NCBI GenBank assembly: GCA_951406725.2
Contig: OX597833.1
Coordinates: 73,498,532-73,562,531, forward strand
Reading direction: 5' to 3'
DNA length: 64,000 nucleotides
Source: Octopus vulgaris
Taxonomy: Eukaryota
How positions within the stretch are numbered: position 1 is the first letter of the stretch; the number at the start of each line of letters is the position of its first letter. Shown in pieces: positions 1-13,210 of this stretch. The translations under genes were made by a program, and so were the position numbers. A model generated the notes under the pieces. It was not told where the DNA came from. It did no database searches and saw nothing but the letters and a program-made list of their open reading frames with translations.

Positions 1-41
1 ATTCAAAGTGGGATGTCATAAACTAGTTGTTGCTCCATGCT

Positions 42-220
42 GTATGTATGTATGTATGTATGTATGTATGTATGTATGTATGTATGTATGTATGTATGTA
101 TGCATGTATGTATGTATGTATGTATGTATGTATGTATGTATGCATGTATGTATGTATGTATGTATGTTGTATGTATGTATGTTTGTATGTTTGTATGTAT
201 ATATGTATGTTGTATGTATG
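42..220. repeat. (TATG)n microsatellite
   Basis: Direct tetranucleotide tandem repeat; the MYVC/HTYI ORFs here are artefacts of it. Confidence 0.97.
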
Positions 221-309
221 CCTTTTTCATGTCAGCTCCAGACTCCACAATAATGACATTGGTTAACGTTTTTTTAATTTCCAAAACAGACTGAGTAGCA
301 TAGGGCAGT

Positions 310-383
310 TTATCTACCTGGCCAGCTCCTGTGAACTGTCCTACTCATGCATGGAAGGTGTATATTAACCGATGATGATGATG
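310..383 (+). mobile_element. 3' tail fragment of a SINE/RTE-related retroposon ending in (GAT)n
   Basis: ...catgcatggaaggtg..ttaaccgatgatgatgatg resembles the reverse complement of the insertion at 56815-56977 and of 18965-19020. Confidence 0.5.
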
Positions 384-384
384 C

Positions 385-1561
385 AAGAGATTTTTAACTG
401 ATTTTAACTGTCTTTTTTTGTGTTAATTTCAAATTTGTAATCAGTTTTATCCACCATGATCTAATTTTCTTGCTATTTGAAGATTAACTTTTTATAAATT
501 CATAATTATATTCGACTTACTGAGATACATATATCCTACCTATGAAGAATTGACAACAGTGGTTTTTTTCAGATCTGATCATGACTTCTTCAAGTAGACA
601 CAGATGTGTGTGAATAATCCTGATGGCTTCTGCTATGTCTGTGTAGCTCTTTCATTCTTTTTCCTCAAACGTGCAATATCACATCGTCTGTGAGACGGGA
701 TTATTAAGGTTATTTTGTAATTCCTCTTGGCCACCAAGACAAAAAATTGTTCCTTCATGTTGTGAGGAAATGCTTCGTGACTGGACAAAAGGAAAACAAA
801 AGGGCCAACCATTTGGAGCTCCTATAGTTTGGCAACAGCCCAGGGACCACACAGGTCACTGTTATTTCTGTATGGTCAACACAAAAGGCATTGGAAAGAA
901 AAAAAACATATAAAATACCTTATCCCAATACTCCTTCAGCAATTATGCACTCTGAGACACTCCTGATTCCAGTTTTCTTTGGATTTACCTCTTCCAAACA
1001 AGAGTATGAAGAATTTCAAGACACTTCTTATGGTAGTGAAAAACCAACTCCTCAACCATTTGGCTAACAATACTATGATCTAGTGGGTGATTAGGGACTT
1101 TCCAAGACAGCAGCTGAAGTTCTAGCATCCAGGCTCCAAGTAAAATATCTACTTGACCAAACTGCAAAAGTTTCTTATTTACTGGAACATTAAATGAGTA
1201 AGTCTACAAATGCAAGAGTTCCAAGTGCAAATTCTTGTCTGAATAAGATCTATAATTTTCCATTCACAGCCTAACTCTTATTGTGGTGTACTAACTTGTA
1301 TATATGAATAAAGTTAGAATCTCAATGCATAGATATTTGGGCCTTTTTTCCACCTAGTTTGAAGATAACATAACTAGAAAATTATCGGATGGATTACAGC
1401 ATATCTCAGGAAATGCTTGAAATTTGGAAAATATGTAAAAAAAATAAAACCTTAATTGCAAAACATCTAGAGCTTACAGAGAAAAACTTCATATTTGAAT
1501 TCAGCAAATTAGATAATACCAGTTGTTGGTATCTGTGCAACAAAAATTTGTTTGGTCAGTG
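385..1561 (+). mobile_element. Internally deleted, decayed DNA transposon, probably Chapaev3 (CMC) type
   Basis: Broken frames give C-x-NNPDGFCYVC and W..GK.K..PFG.P.VW..P.DH...CYFC, as in Chapaev3-type transposases; right end terminates ...CAGTG; subterminal aatttcaaattt / atatttgaattc similarity. Confidence 0.55.
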
Positions 1562-1581
1562 TAATCATGTAAGATCTAAAA

Positions 1582-1811
1582 GAAGGGTTCTCAACCATTT
1601 TTTATCTATGGGCCCCCTTTAACTACCATTTTATTCTAGAGGATACCCCATTCGATGTTTAAAAACTAGTTTTATAGAAACTTCTTTCAAAATTCCTATT
1701 CTGTTTTTCACATTAATTCATGTCGGCTGAACTGTGTAAAATGTTAGAGAAAGAAACCTCGCTGTTCTCTGCAAAACAAAAAAATACTGCAAAATTGGTT
1801 GAGAATCACTG
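1582..1811. mobile_element. hAT/Charlie-like MITE
   Basis: Imperfect 16-bp TIRs gaagggttctcaacca / tggttgagaatcactg; 8-bp near-TSD atctaaaa (1574-1581) / atctaacg (1812-1819). Confidence 0.7.
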
Positions 1812-2250
1812 ATCTAACGAAACAGGAGTTACCTCCCTTTACCCATTAAATTTCAGTCTTTCCAATAAGTTTCCTACAAAACATTCAAAGATGTTCGTTC
1901 ATCTTCAACGTAAAATATGTCAGTTTGTTCTTCAGTAAAACTGACTTAATTTCACTGTATTTGAAATTTTATTTCATAACCTGCATATTCTTTCCCTCTC
2001 TCTCTCTCTCTCACTCTCTCTCTCACACACACACAAACACAGCTAATTTGGAAGGATTTAGATTAAAATAGTATTTAATATTGCATTTTACAGCAGGTTA
2101 GACATAACTTGTATCTCCCACAACACAAAAAATATATATAGATAAAGAAGTTTAAAAATATCAGCCTGCTTCTTATAAGAGAAATTGCAGTTTCTCATAA
2201 AGAAATGTATTGCTCAACCAAAAACAATTTTGCTTTGTATTGAGTTGTAT

Positions 2251-2565
2251 GAGGTGCAATGACCCAGTAGTTAGGGCAGCGGACTCACGGTCGGAGGATC
2301 ATGGTTTCGATTCCTAGACCGGGCGTTGTGTGTGTTTATTGAGCGAAAACACCTAAAGCTCCACAAGGCTCCGGCAGGGGGGGGGGGCCGACTCCAGTTG
2401 TACTCTTTCACCCCAACTTTCTCTCACTCTCTCTTCCTGTTTCTTGGGTAACGCTGCAATGGACTGGCATCTCGTCCAGCTGGGGGGAACACATACACCA
2501 TAGAAACCAGGAAACTGGGCTCATGAGCCTGGCTAGGCTTGAAACAGGTGCATAAATAAAATGAA
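2251..2565 (+). mobile_element. Full-length tRNA-derived SINE
   Basis: tRNA-like head with A box (tgacccagtagttagg) and B box (ggtttcgattcc); A-rich tail; 12-bp TSD attgagttgtat at 2239-2250 and 2566-2577. Confidence 0.85.
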
Positions 2566-3127
2566 ATTGAGTTGTATAGGGAACATGGGTGTAGTTCCAT
2601 CTGTATTTCATGAACTGCCAAACATCTCTATGCAGACTACAGCATTATTGTCCTGATGGCTTGCAAAAAAAATATCGCCATTTTTTCAATATTCAAATGA
2701 CAAAAAATAATTCCATGAAAATCTAAATTTTTAAATATAATGTAATTATTCATATTCTCGTAAAAGAATGGTTGAATGAAACAAATCATCATCAGCAGCA
2801 GCAGCAGCATTCCCCTCCTATTCCTCTTCCTTCTCCTCCTCCTCCTCCTTTGCATCATCATCATCATTTTAGCTTTCACTTTTCCATGCATGTGTCAGGA
2901 CGGTGGCTACTGGAGCAGATTTTCAAAGACCAGATGCTTTTGAAACAAAGAATCTTTCCCTATGGCCAAACATATTTCCCAAGAAAATGGGAAATGAATG
3001 ACACTGCTTGGATGACAGCAACACTTATTTACGGCAACCGTGCAATGTCGAAACAAAGAGACACCCCCCCCCACACACACACACACATACACACACAGAT
3101 GTATACATATTTACATCTTTTTATTTA

Positions 3128-3310
3128 TTTCAGTCATTAGACTGTGGCCATGCTGGGGCAGCAGTGCCTTGAAGAATTTTCGTCAAGTGAATCGACCTTA
3201 ATGCTTATTTATTTTACTTTTTTTAAGCGTGGTACTTATTCTAGCAGACTCTTTTACTGAACTGTTAAGTTACTGGGATGTAAACACGCCAACACCGGTT
3301 GTCAAGAGGG
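3128..3310 (-). mobile_element. SINE 3' fragment sharing its tail with a CR1-group LINE
   Basis: gtggccatgctggggca matches gcggccatgctggggca in the LINE tail at 62225-62241. Confidence 0.6.
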
Positions 3311-4479
3311 AGACAAACAAAGATACAAACACCCAGCTTATCAGATACTGATGAGAAGGAAACCGAAACACAGGGACAAATTGCAAGAAAGTGCATTCAA
3401 TGATTCATGCAACTTCTGCAACAAAAAGGAAAAAATTCTGTTGTCGACCGAACAAACAAGAAAGAAGAGGACAGAAAAATGGTGATGGAAAAAGAACACA
3501 CAAAAACTTCCATGTTATAGAATCAAGGAACAAGGCTCATACTGACTCAAAAGAAGAGAACTGTGATCCCTACTACTGCATACAAATTTCAAGCATGTGA
3601 AACGAAGCGTTTGCGACATTGGATGTCATATGTCCACAGAAAGAAACGGTATATAGCGGTCACCAGTTTTTATAGCAGATGTTTTTTGCTTGGTTGGCTG
3701 TTAGTGTTATGCTACTTTTATGTTTCCTATTTGGAAATGGATAAACATATTTTACTTTTGAAGCAGGGATATATATACTGATAAACCCGTCACTTATAAC
3801 TTGCTTATAAGTGTTATCATTATACATAAATCCTGACTCCAGCTACATAAACGCCATAGTGAGAAATATATACTCTGAAACACTAACGGACATTTTATGC
3901 ATGCATGTATGTTGAATATAAATAATTTCATCTTCTTTTAAGCGCTATAAAAAAAATACAGTTTCATAATTACAGAAATACATTTCGTTAATAAGTTGAA
4001 GAACATGAAGAAAGAGAAAGTAATTACTACATTATTTTATTTATGTACATTTAGCATTTTTAACATTTATAATACAATTTGAAGTAAAGTAATTTGTCAT
4101 AGAGAATTACGACTTAAAATTTATGCTAACTAATTCTTCATACTAACTATAAAGATCTCAACAATTCAAACAAGTCTTGTTGGATTTTTCATAGACATGG
4201 CATAAAAAAATAACCAATGTCTCAAAGGAGTGAGTGTCATGGAGTTTAGTTACATCCCACAAACACTGAAGTTTTTACAAAATCCAGGGTTTTTATTACT
4301 ACTCAACTTGACTTTAAAGAATTGAAATCACATAAGAATATTCTTTAACTGATTTTCAGAATTCCTATCTGAGCAGTTATTTCAACCAATGGGAAAATGA
4401 CAATCATATTTCTCCGGCAATATGACATTACGTCATATTGCCAGCTGCCATGAATTGGTGCTACTACAGGTACAACAAT

Positions 4480-4990
4480 AAAATGAAAGACTGATACGGG
4501 AGCAGCAGGCAACACATTGCCAATGTGTGCATATCACCAGATGTACAAATCAACTCCAACTGCAGACATGCTTAAACCAGAGAAAAACATTCGTCTGGCG
4601 GCAGACAATGGCCAAGAAATCAAATGCTTGGGACCAATCCACTTTCAGCTTTGCTCAAATGGCAGTAAATTCCATGATGCCAAATTCTATGTGGTAGACG
4701 TGGATGGACCCCCAATTATCGGATTGCCAACAGGTGAGGCAATAAAACTGGATTCAGCTCTTGATATCACAACAATCAAAGGCCTGAAAGAAACATACCC
4801 AAATCTTTTTGACAGCCTGGGCAACTTCAAAGGACCCACACAACTGTACATAAAAGCAAGATCAGAACCCTTCATTGACCCACCTTGGAAATGCTCAGTT
4901 CACTTGGAAAAGAAGCTCAATATTGAACTCTGGAAGATGGAAGAAATGGGGGGTCATCAAGCCAGTGGTGTTCAAGCATGGAATATTCTG
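4480..4990 (+). mobile_element. Decayed Ty3/Gypsy pol fragment (aspartyl protease and linker)
   Basis: KTDTGAAGNTLP (DTG catalytic motif), FYVVDVDGPPIIGLP, YPNLFDSLGNFKG and PFIDPP..CSVHL; no LTRs recognised. Confidence 0.7.
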
Positions 4991-5527
4991 TAAAAAAAGA
5001 TGGATCTATTTCCCATGTAATTCAGTGTCAAAAGAAGTGGCATAGGAGTACTAAAGTGTGGCAAGTAGACTTTGTTGCTGTAATCATAAATAACCTGGCC
5101 ATAATAATAATATTCTGAACATCTGGTTTTCCTGTTTCTAGTCCAGCGGCACTGGCAACAACCTTGCTCAGATGTTTTTTTACACGTGCCACCAGCACAA
5201 GTACCAGTAAGGTGATGCAGGTAACGACCACACTCGAATGATGCTTTTTACATGCCACTGGCACAGAAGCCAGTTTTTTGCTCTGGCAATGATCATGCTC
5301 GGATGGTACTCTTAGCGCTCCATTTGCACAGATGCCAGTCATTGAATTTGATTTCAATTTCACTTGCCTCATCAGGTCTTTGAAAGCAGAGTTTAGTGTC
5401 CAATGAAGGAAAGGTATGCATAAGTGGGCTGGTTACACCCCTGGCATAGGCCACGAGGTTATGGTTTCACTTGGCTTGCCGAGTCTTCTCAAGCACAGCA
5501 TATTTCCAAAGGTCATGGTCACTAGTT

Positions 5528-6091
5528 ATTGCCTCAGAGAGGATCATTGCCTTAGTGAGGGTCATTGCCTCGGTGAGGGTCATTGCCTCGGTGAGGGTCA
5601 TTGCCTCGGTGAGCTCATTGCCTTGGTGAGGGTCATTGCCTCGGTGAGGGTCATTGCCTCGGTGAGCTCATTGCCTCGGTGAGGGTCATTGCCTCGGTGA
5701 GGGTCATTGCCTCGGTGAGGGTCATTACCTCGGTGAGGGTCATTACCTCAGTAAGGGTCATTGCTTCGGTGAGGGTCATTGCTTCGGTGAGGGTCATTAC
5801 CTCGGTAAGGGTCATTGCCTCGGTGAGGGTCATTGCCTCGGTGAGGGTCATTGCTTCGGTGAGGGTCATTGCTTCGGTGAGGGTCATTACCTCGGTAAGG
5901 GTCATTGCCTCCGTGAGGGTCATTACCTCGGTGAGGGTCATTACCTCAGTAAGGGTCATTGCTTCGGTGAGGGTCATTGCTTCGGTGAGGGTCATTGCCT
6001 CGGTGAGGGTCATTGCCTCGGTGAGGGTCATTGCTTCGGTGAGGGTCATTGCCTCGGTGAGGGTCATTGCCTCGGTGAGGGTCATTGCCTC
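5528..6091. repeat. 18-bp minisatellite (GGTGAGGGTCATTGCCTC)n, ~31 units
   Basis: Direct tandem repeat with few variants and two 17-bp units; EAMTLT/VRVIAS ORFs are artefacts. Confidence 0.95.
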
Positions 6092-7051
6092 GCAGCTAAG
6101 CAAATGAGCTTCTCTGAATGCATTGAAGGCATCGTAGCATAATCTGAAGACTATTTCAGAAGTTATCTCTCATTCTCTTTGAGCAAAAAAAGACGAATTT
6201 AGATGGGGCAAAATGAGTAAGACAAGACAAGGTAAATTTGCCTCTTCAATTCTCCAGAATAATATTTGGGAAAAAAACTCATAAAACATCAATATCTTGG
6301 TCAAATGAAAGGGAATCATGGGGAAATAGCAAAAAATGAAATTAACGAAACTTGACTAAACCAAAACTCTCAACATAAAACATTCTCTATGGCTTCTTCA
6401 CGACCTGCTGGAGGGGCTTTCTGCAGAATTCTGGTCTAAGCACCCCTGACCACCCAAAATTATCTCGATATTTTATTAGCAACCTCAATTACGACTGGGT
6501 CAAAGTTGAGATAAAATTTCTTTAAAGTATCGGTTACCTGACAGTTTCAATCTGTCTCAACTGTAACTGCAACAATGGTGGCCAATGTTTGCTGCCAAAG
6601 AAGATGCAAGAATACAGAATGGTGATGCAATACTCGCAAATGTAATGTTTTCAAACAATTCATGAGAAAATAATGAGAAATTGGTAGTAACTCATTTTGT
6701 CCTACTTCCTTGTAGCTATTTCAAGTATTTGACAAAAGGATGAAAAATAGGGGAAAGATTAAAAGAAAACATGTGAGCATAAAAGCAATAATTCTAAAGC
6801 TGAAGAAAAAATGCTTTTAGCTGTTGAGAGATGTAATATTATTATTGAAACCAAATACAAAATTTAAATTTTGGAACATATTACTTACTTGCTCTTTCAT
6901 AAATTAAGACATTTTTCAATGTCTCATTGAAATAATGAAGTTTACAGTGGCAATGTGTGTGTGTCTTTAATGGCCAGTGGTCAATGTGCTCTAAAGACGA
7001 TAAATAACTTCTTTCTATCAATCTCTTTATCTATCCTTATATACATCCATA

Positions 7052-7116
<65 letters not shown>

Positions 7117-7649
7117 TTTTTTGGGGGTGTTTTAACTACAATTAAATTCAATGGGAATTGTGGCTGCTTTGGGAATGGGTAACAAAGGGTTTTTTAATTC
7201 AATGAATTGATGTCACTAATGGAGTTAAAACTAGTTATTTATAAAAAAAAAAAGGGTCCATTACATTTTTAAGGATATGTTTGTTTATTCAAAGAGAGCC
7301 TCCACATGCAAAACTGTCAAGAAGTGGGACCTTCCTGTATTAAGTGTTACATACCCTTCATAGCAGGAGGGTCCTATATCTAGTGAATGCCTGGGGCAAT
7401 TGCCTTCTTCAACCACCTATAAATCAGGTCCTATGTATGATAGAAGTCAACTCGTTAACTGTGTAAGACTTTTCTCCACTGCAGTAAACACTAAGAGCAG
7501 AGTATTTACAAATGGGCAGTAAACTAATTAAACCTAACAACACTCCTCGGCTCTAATCTCATAACAGTGTTGTAAGCTTTTTGGGGGTTTTTTTGTAATC
7601 TTATACAACAGCACTGGAAATTATGTATTTTTAGCAAAACAAAAGTGGT

Positions 7650-8210
7650 TGTAGCGAGACACAAAGAAGCCAGTGCCATTTTGAAACAACGAGATCTCAC
7701 CTGCAACCATTGCCATACACAAGACAAAAATGAGATCTCACCTGCAACCATTGCCATACACAAGACAAAAATGAGATCTCACCTGCAACCATTGCCATAC
7801 ACAAGACAAAAATGAGATCTCACCTGCAACCATTGCCATACACAAGACAAAAATGAGATCTCACCTGCAACCATTATTTAAGGAAAAGACAACAACATTT
7901 TCCTTCTCATACTTCTCATGCTGACACTACCAAGACTTCGAAGCCAGGACTTTTGTCTTGCCGTGATACCACATGCATTGTCTCTAGAGGCAACTGAACC
8001 TCACGTGTATGGGAGAGAAGGCTAACTATGCACTGCTGTGAAGATGGTTATTGAAAGCAAACCCTTTGTACGAAGCACCTGTGAATAAACGGTTATTGAA
8101 TTTACTCCGCCTGAGAACTTCATTCTTTGTATCTCCAGTTCTTTGAATCAACAGAATAATTATGATAGACGATCCCCCAAAAGTATCATAAAACCCTTCC
8201 TTCCATTATA
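7650..8210 (+). repeat. 5' LTR (561 bp) containing 4.5 copies of a 41-bp unit
   Basis: Matches the 3' LTR; units start at 7691, 7732, 7773, 7814, 7855 (partial); AATAAA near 8084. Confidence 0.92.
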
Positions 8211-8213
8211 AAA

Positions 8214-8226
8214 TGGTGACCACAGT
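8214..8226 (+). other. Primer-binding site, degenerate tRNA-Trp type
   Basis: tggtgaccacagt 3 nt after the LTR; the eukaryotic tRNA-Trp 3' end predicts TGGTGACCCCGAC. Confidence 0.65.
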
Positions 8227-9079
8227 CTAAAAGGATTTTCAGCAGCCAAAAGCTTCTATTGTTGTCAAAATGACTCATCCGAACGAAGAATTTAGTTTCT
8301 AAATGCAACAACAAGAGGCCATATTTCAAGCAAGCTGGCCATCAACTTCGCAGCCCAGGTTTGAACACAAAAGTTTTGCCATCGTTACAATTCCTAGAAG
8401 AATGAGTTTCACATGTGAATGACTTCACACCTTATCTTCCAGTTGTTGAATGTTGTAGATATTCCCACTAACCAGTCGCTTCTCTGTGCTGCACCTTGTG
8501 TCTTTCTATGTTCATGTGTTCGCTCTGCCTCAAAACAAAAAAGCTGTACATACTTCTACACATGAATGAACGGAAGAGAAGAACCACAAATTCGTCTCCG
8601 GCTCATTTTCCCCCAAGGTACCATGCTCTGTAGACAAAGTAAATAAATGATGCCATGTTGAGAAATGGTGAAAACTGCTAGGAACAAGCGGTTAACTTGT
8701 AATGACAAGATTGTTTCCTGCTGGTTCATTTTCGCCATTTTTCCTGTTGAAGCCTACAGCCATCGTATCCGTCTAATGTCATGTTCCGACGCCTCACATG
8801 TTGTCAAAGACAGAAAACCACCAATTCACCCGCCAATTTCTGATGCCATCTTGACAGAAAAAAAAAACAGAACAAATATTTTTTTTTCAACAGACTTTAA
8901 CACAGATTCAGCAACTAAAAAAAAAAAGAAAATTTTTTCCCTTTCTGCACACAGTACAAAAAAATCTGCACATGTTTATTATTCCAACAACATGTTTGTC
9001 TGTTCTTTGGTCCTTTTCTCTGTGAGAGTTTTGTACATTCCCATATTTTTACCTTTTTCCTTTCATTCCTCTGTAAAAG

Positions 9080-9842
9080 ATGATTCTTCCCAGCTTGCCC
9101 ACATACTCTGGTGATGTCACACTTTGGTTTGCTCAACTGGATGCATATTTTTCCACTCATGATGTGCCTCACCAACAGCAACTAAACATTTTGTACTGTA
9201 GAATGCCTTCACCTCTTGCACACTCAGTGAAAGATCTCATTACTGACCCACATCCGGACGTGACTTATGCATCCGTCAAATTCGAGGTTCTCTGTTGAAA
9301 CACACAATCCATGGAGAGTAAATTCTGGACACTGATGCAGGATGAACACCTGGGAGGAAGGACACCATCTGAGTTTCTTTGTTGCTTGCGAGAACTCAGC
9401 GACACTCCACTTGACGACAATTCTCTGCTAAGGAAATTGTTTTTCTCTTGTCTACCGCCGAACGTCCAATCGATACTGGCCACAACAGTCAACTCCAATT
9501 CACTCGATCAGATAGTCACCATGGCGGACAAGATCATAGAATTTACTATGCATCCTGCACTTCACCTGTTCGGACCCTGTAGTAGCTCCCTCTACTACTA
9601 TAGAGTCTCCTGCCTTGTCAGATGATGACATTTTGGAGAGAGTCGATGCATTAACACCTCACATGGACACACTGTGGCGAGAACACACCAGCTCTCATAG
9701 TCCTCACAGCAGAAGCCGTTCTAAGACATGGTCATCTAGTTCTACTCCAACCATTTCCAATCTCTGCTGGTACCATGCCAGATTTAAGGACAAAGCCCTT
9801 CCATGTATCCAGCCCTGTTCGTTCATGCTGTCGGGAAAATAA
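9080..9842 (+). pseudogene. Gypsy gag, disrupted
   Basis: LPTYSGDVTLWFAQLDAYF, LGGRTPSEFL, LLRKLFFSCLPPNVQSIL, CWYHARFKDKALPCIQPC (atypical Cys/His knuckle); in-frame stops and frameshift. Confidence 0.85.
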
Positions 9843-9849
9843 TTGCGGA

Positions 9850-12800
9850 AGATTTGGGCACATCAATTTCTTCCTGCAATTTTTTATCTCATCATGCATT
9901 CTTTGTCAAGGATCGTGTGTCTAACGAATCGTTCATGATTGAACCTGAATCCAGCTGTTCTATTTGTCCTTTGCACCTTACTTCAGACAAGCCGAAGAAA
10001 TCTGCCATTAACCTGCACACAGTGAATCTATCCCCGATAAAAACTTACAGTCAAGTCTAATTAAACCTAAATCTCAACAATTCGAAGGAATTTTAGGTGG
10101 GTTTTTGTTATGGCATTCTGGGTGCAGACTTCTTAAACCTCTTTCACTTGTTAGCAGATGTCAGGTGACAGAGATTTGTGGACGAGTCTACATCTTTGTT
10201 TACACCTGCCCTGGTTACTACTAATGCTGTTTTCAGCCATCATTTTTAGCTGGAGATCAGTTCCACTGCCTTTTGGTTTCTTTCCGACTTTCAAATCAGT
10301 CAAAGTCACACACTTGCCTCGCCATTATATTACTACTTCTGGAATACCCATTTTTTCGCATCCACAGCAACTCGCCTTTGATCGGCTCAAAAAGGTTTAA
10401 TCTGAGTTTGAGCATATGCTTCAACTTGGCCTTATTCACCTCTCCATCAGCCCTAGGGCATCTTCTCTTCATTTGGCCTGGAAAGGGGATTCAGATTTTC
10501 GTCCGGTGAGGGATTACAGATGTTTGAATGCGATCACTGTACCTGATTGCTATCTGCTAAAAGATCTCCAGGATTTTTCTCCAAACTTGCCTGGTTGTAC
10601 TACTTTTCCCAAGGTTGACCTCATCTGGGCTTATCATTAAATTCCGATAAACCATGACAACATTCCAAAAACTGTCATTACTACCCCTTTGGAAGTTTCA
10701 AGTTCCTGTTTATGAGCTTGGGTTTGCGGAATGCAACAAGTACCTTCCAGAAGTTTATTGATGAAGTTGTCCATAGACTTGACTGTGTGTTCACTTATGT
10801 GGATGATTTGCTCATAGCTAGCGACACGTGTGAAAATCACCTCCAACATTTATCTCAGCATTTTCAGCGTCTTTGCACCTACAATGTGCGAATCAACCCT
10901 GGATAAGTGTGTTTTCAGACAGGCCTCTCTGAAATTCCTAGGTCCTTATATCGACTCTAATGCTATTCGACCTCTCGCCTCCAAAGTCGATGCAATTCAA
11001 TGCATCTCTCATCCCACTTCTTTACACCAACTGTGTCATTTCTTGGGGATCGTCAACTCCTTCAGGAGATTCATACCTAAATGTGCAGACAAGTTACTTC
11101 CCTTGACTCAACTATTGATAGCAAATAAAAAAGATTCTCCTATCACTTTATCTGCCGAGTCATTATCTTCTTTTGAGTCAGTCAAGGAGGAAATAGCTTC
11201 TGTTCCTTTGCTTGCACATCTGGTTCACGGTGCTCATCTTTCTTTAACAGTTGATGCATCGGATTCTGCGGTCGGTGCCGTTTTACAACTGACCGTCGAT
11301 AATCAAACTCAACCTTTGTCATTCTCTTCTCATCAATTAAAGCCAGCTGAGCGTCATTACGGTATGTTTAATTATGAACTCTAAGCGATCTACCTGTCGG
11401 TTCGTCATTTTCAACATCAACTCGAGGGCCGAGATTTTGGTATTTATACTGATCACAAGCCTCTTACATTTGCTCTGTCATTTAAATCGGACAGACACTC
11501 GCCTTATGCTTTTCGTCATCTGGACTACATTTCCCAGTTCACGAGTGACATTCGGCACATACCTGGAACTGAGAACGTACCTGCTAACGCACTCTCTCGT
11601 CTTCCTGTGTGTTCTCTTTCATCTCTTGCTGCAATCGATTTAACTTCCATTGTGCAGGATCAGCCAGCTCTGGACACATTGGATCTAACTTCCACCAAGT
11701 TGTCCTGTTGCAAGTTTGCCTATCTTCCACTTCCGTCTGCTGAAGGCACAATCCTCTGTGACAAAGCTACTGGTTCTCCCAGGCCGTTTGTACCTGCAAA
11801 CCACCAGCGTTCTGTTTTTGATGCCTTGCATTCACTGTCACATCTTGGCATCGCTGCCTCGATGAAGCTTATTATGGCTCGGTTTTTCTGGCCTAATATG
11901 CACCGGATGATCACCGCTTGGGCACACTCTTGTGTGAAATGCCAACGTTCTAAAATCCACGGGCACATTTGCTCTCCCCTTGGACAGTTTTCTCCGCCGG
12001 AGACTTGCTTTCACGAAGTCCACATTGATCTGGTTGGACCATGGCCTGTTAGTCACGGTTTCTCTTACATATTTACATTTATCGATCGTTTCTCTCATTG
12101 GCCTGAAGCCATTCCAATAGTGAACATTTCCACTGAGTCAGTTGCTCGTGCTTTCGTTTCTAATTGGATTGCTCATTTTGGTGTTCCAGCTAAGATAACC
12201 ACTGACCATGGATGCCAGTTTAAAGCTTCCTTATTTCGTGAATTACCACGAATCCTAGGTGTTCGTCACATTCGCACGACCAGCTACCATCCAGCTTCCA
12301 GCAGGACTGTCAAACGTTTTCACAGGCAACTGAAGGCCGCTCTACATTCCACTCCTGATCCGCAGTCTTGAACAGAATTCCTGTCTATCGTTCTTTTTTT
12401 GCACTGCTGTTTAGTTTTCTCCTCTGTCGAACTCCTTTACAGTGCCACCTTGGCACTTCCTGGTACAATGTTAGCACCAATCAATTCATCGCATCCTGAT
12501 CCAAAGTAGTATGTCTCCAGACTTCGCTTGTATTTCTCAAGTCTTTCACCAATGTGTCCGCATGACCAATCTATTCCCTCTCACGTCCCACTGGACATTG
12601 ACAAGTGGACTCATGTTTTTGTTCGGGATGATTCTGTCAGAGGACTGCTTGTTTCTCCCTATAAAGGACCGTTTCATGTGCTATTGCGCACACCCAAAAC
12701 TTTGAGTCTCGACATCAATAGTCGGGCAGAGACCGTGTCAGTCGACAGCCTTAGAAAGGCATATCTGACGTTTCAACACCCTTCGATGACACTCTGGCTA
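9850..12800 (+). pseudogene. Gypsy pol (PR-RT-RNaseH-IN), many stops and frameshifts
   Basis: ILGADFL, DYRCLNA, GLRNATSTFQ, YVDDLLIAS, VDASDSAVGAVL, H..SH...CVKCQ zinc finger, HIDLVGP, TTDHG, TTSYHP, GPF-type motif PYKGPF. Confidence 0.92.
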
Positions 12801-13210
12801 CACCCACTTATGGTCCTTTACAACCACCTACACACCCATCTGCATATGCACGTTTGACCACACCATCAACATCTCCAGAACCTAACACTAACAAACCCTG
12901 TCACCAGGGCAGGCCATACTGTGCATTGGCCAAAAAAACTTAAGAAAACTATTTATATCTGACAATCTCTTTGTTTCCTGTGACAGACAATTGCTTTCTT
13001 GAGTTACTGAACAATTGTAATACTCTGCCATTGAAGATTTTGTCAAATTTTGTGCATGCCAATTAATATTTCTAGCAATTATTTTTCTTTTTGACTAGGT
13101 CACATTTTTGTACCACATCTTGTTTGCAATCGGTTACCATCTTTGCTATTTTCTTGTGCCTGCTCCAGTTATTCTCTATTTTCACACTGGCGTTCCCAGG
13201 AGAGAGTCCC

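Noticed and set aside
3-294. MYVC/HTYI repeat proteins and similar YIYI/LSLS ORFs across the window
   Set aside because: Translations of microsatellites
2251-2330. Functional tRNA gene
   Set aside because: Continues into a SINE body and tail bounded by a 12-bp TSD; cloverleaf imperfect
2772-3140. Poly-Q/P/H ORF resembling a transcription factor
   Set aside because: Built from adjacent trinucleotide microsatellites; non-ATG start; no domain
3348-3380. Hammerhead candidate ctgatgagaaggaaaccgaaacac
   Set aside because: Core boxes present but no NUH triplet or stem I pairing, and stem II is only 2 bp
5651-6107. Repeat proteins EAMTLT / VRVIAS
   Set aside because: Stop-free by unit composition; no credible start, splice sites or flanking coding sequence
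8556-8738. Antisense 60-aa ORF with aaaATGG in the Gypsy leader
   Set aside because: No recognisable homology; too short to distinguish from chance
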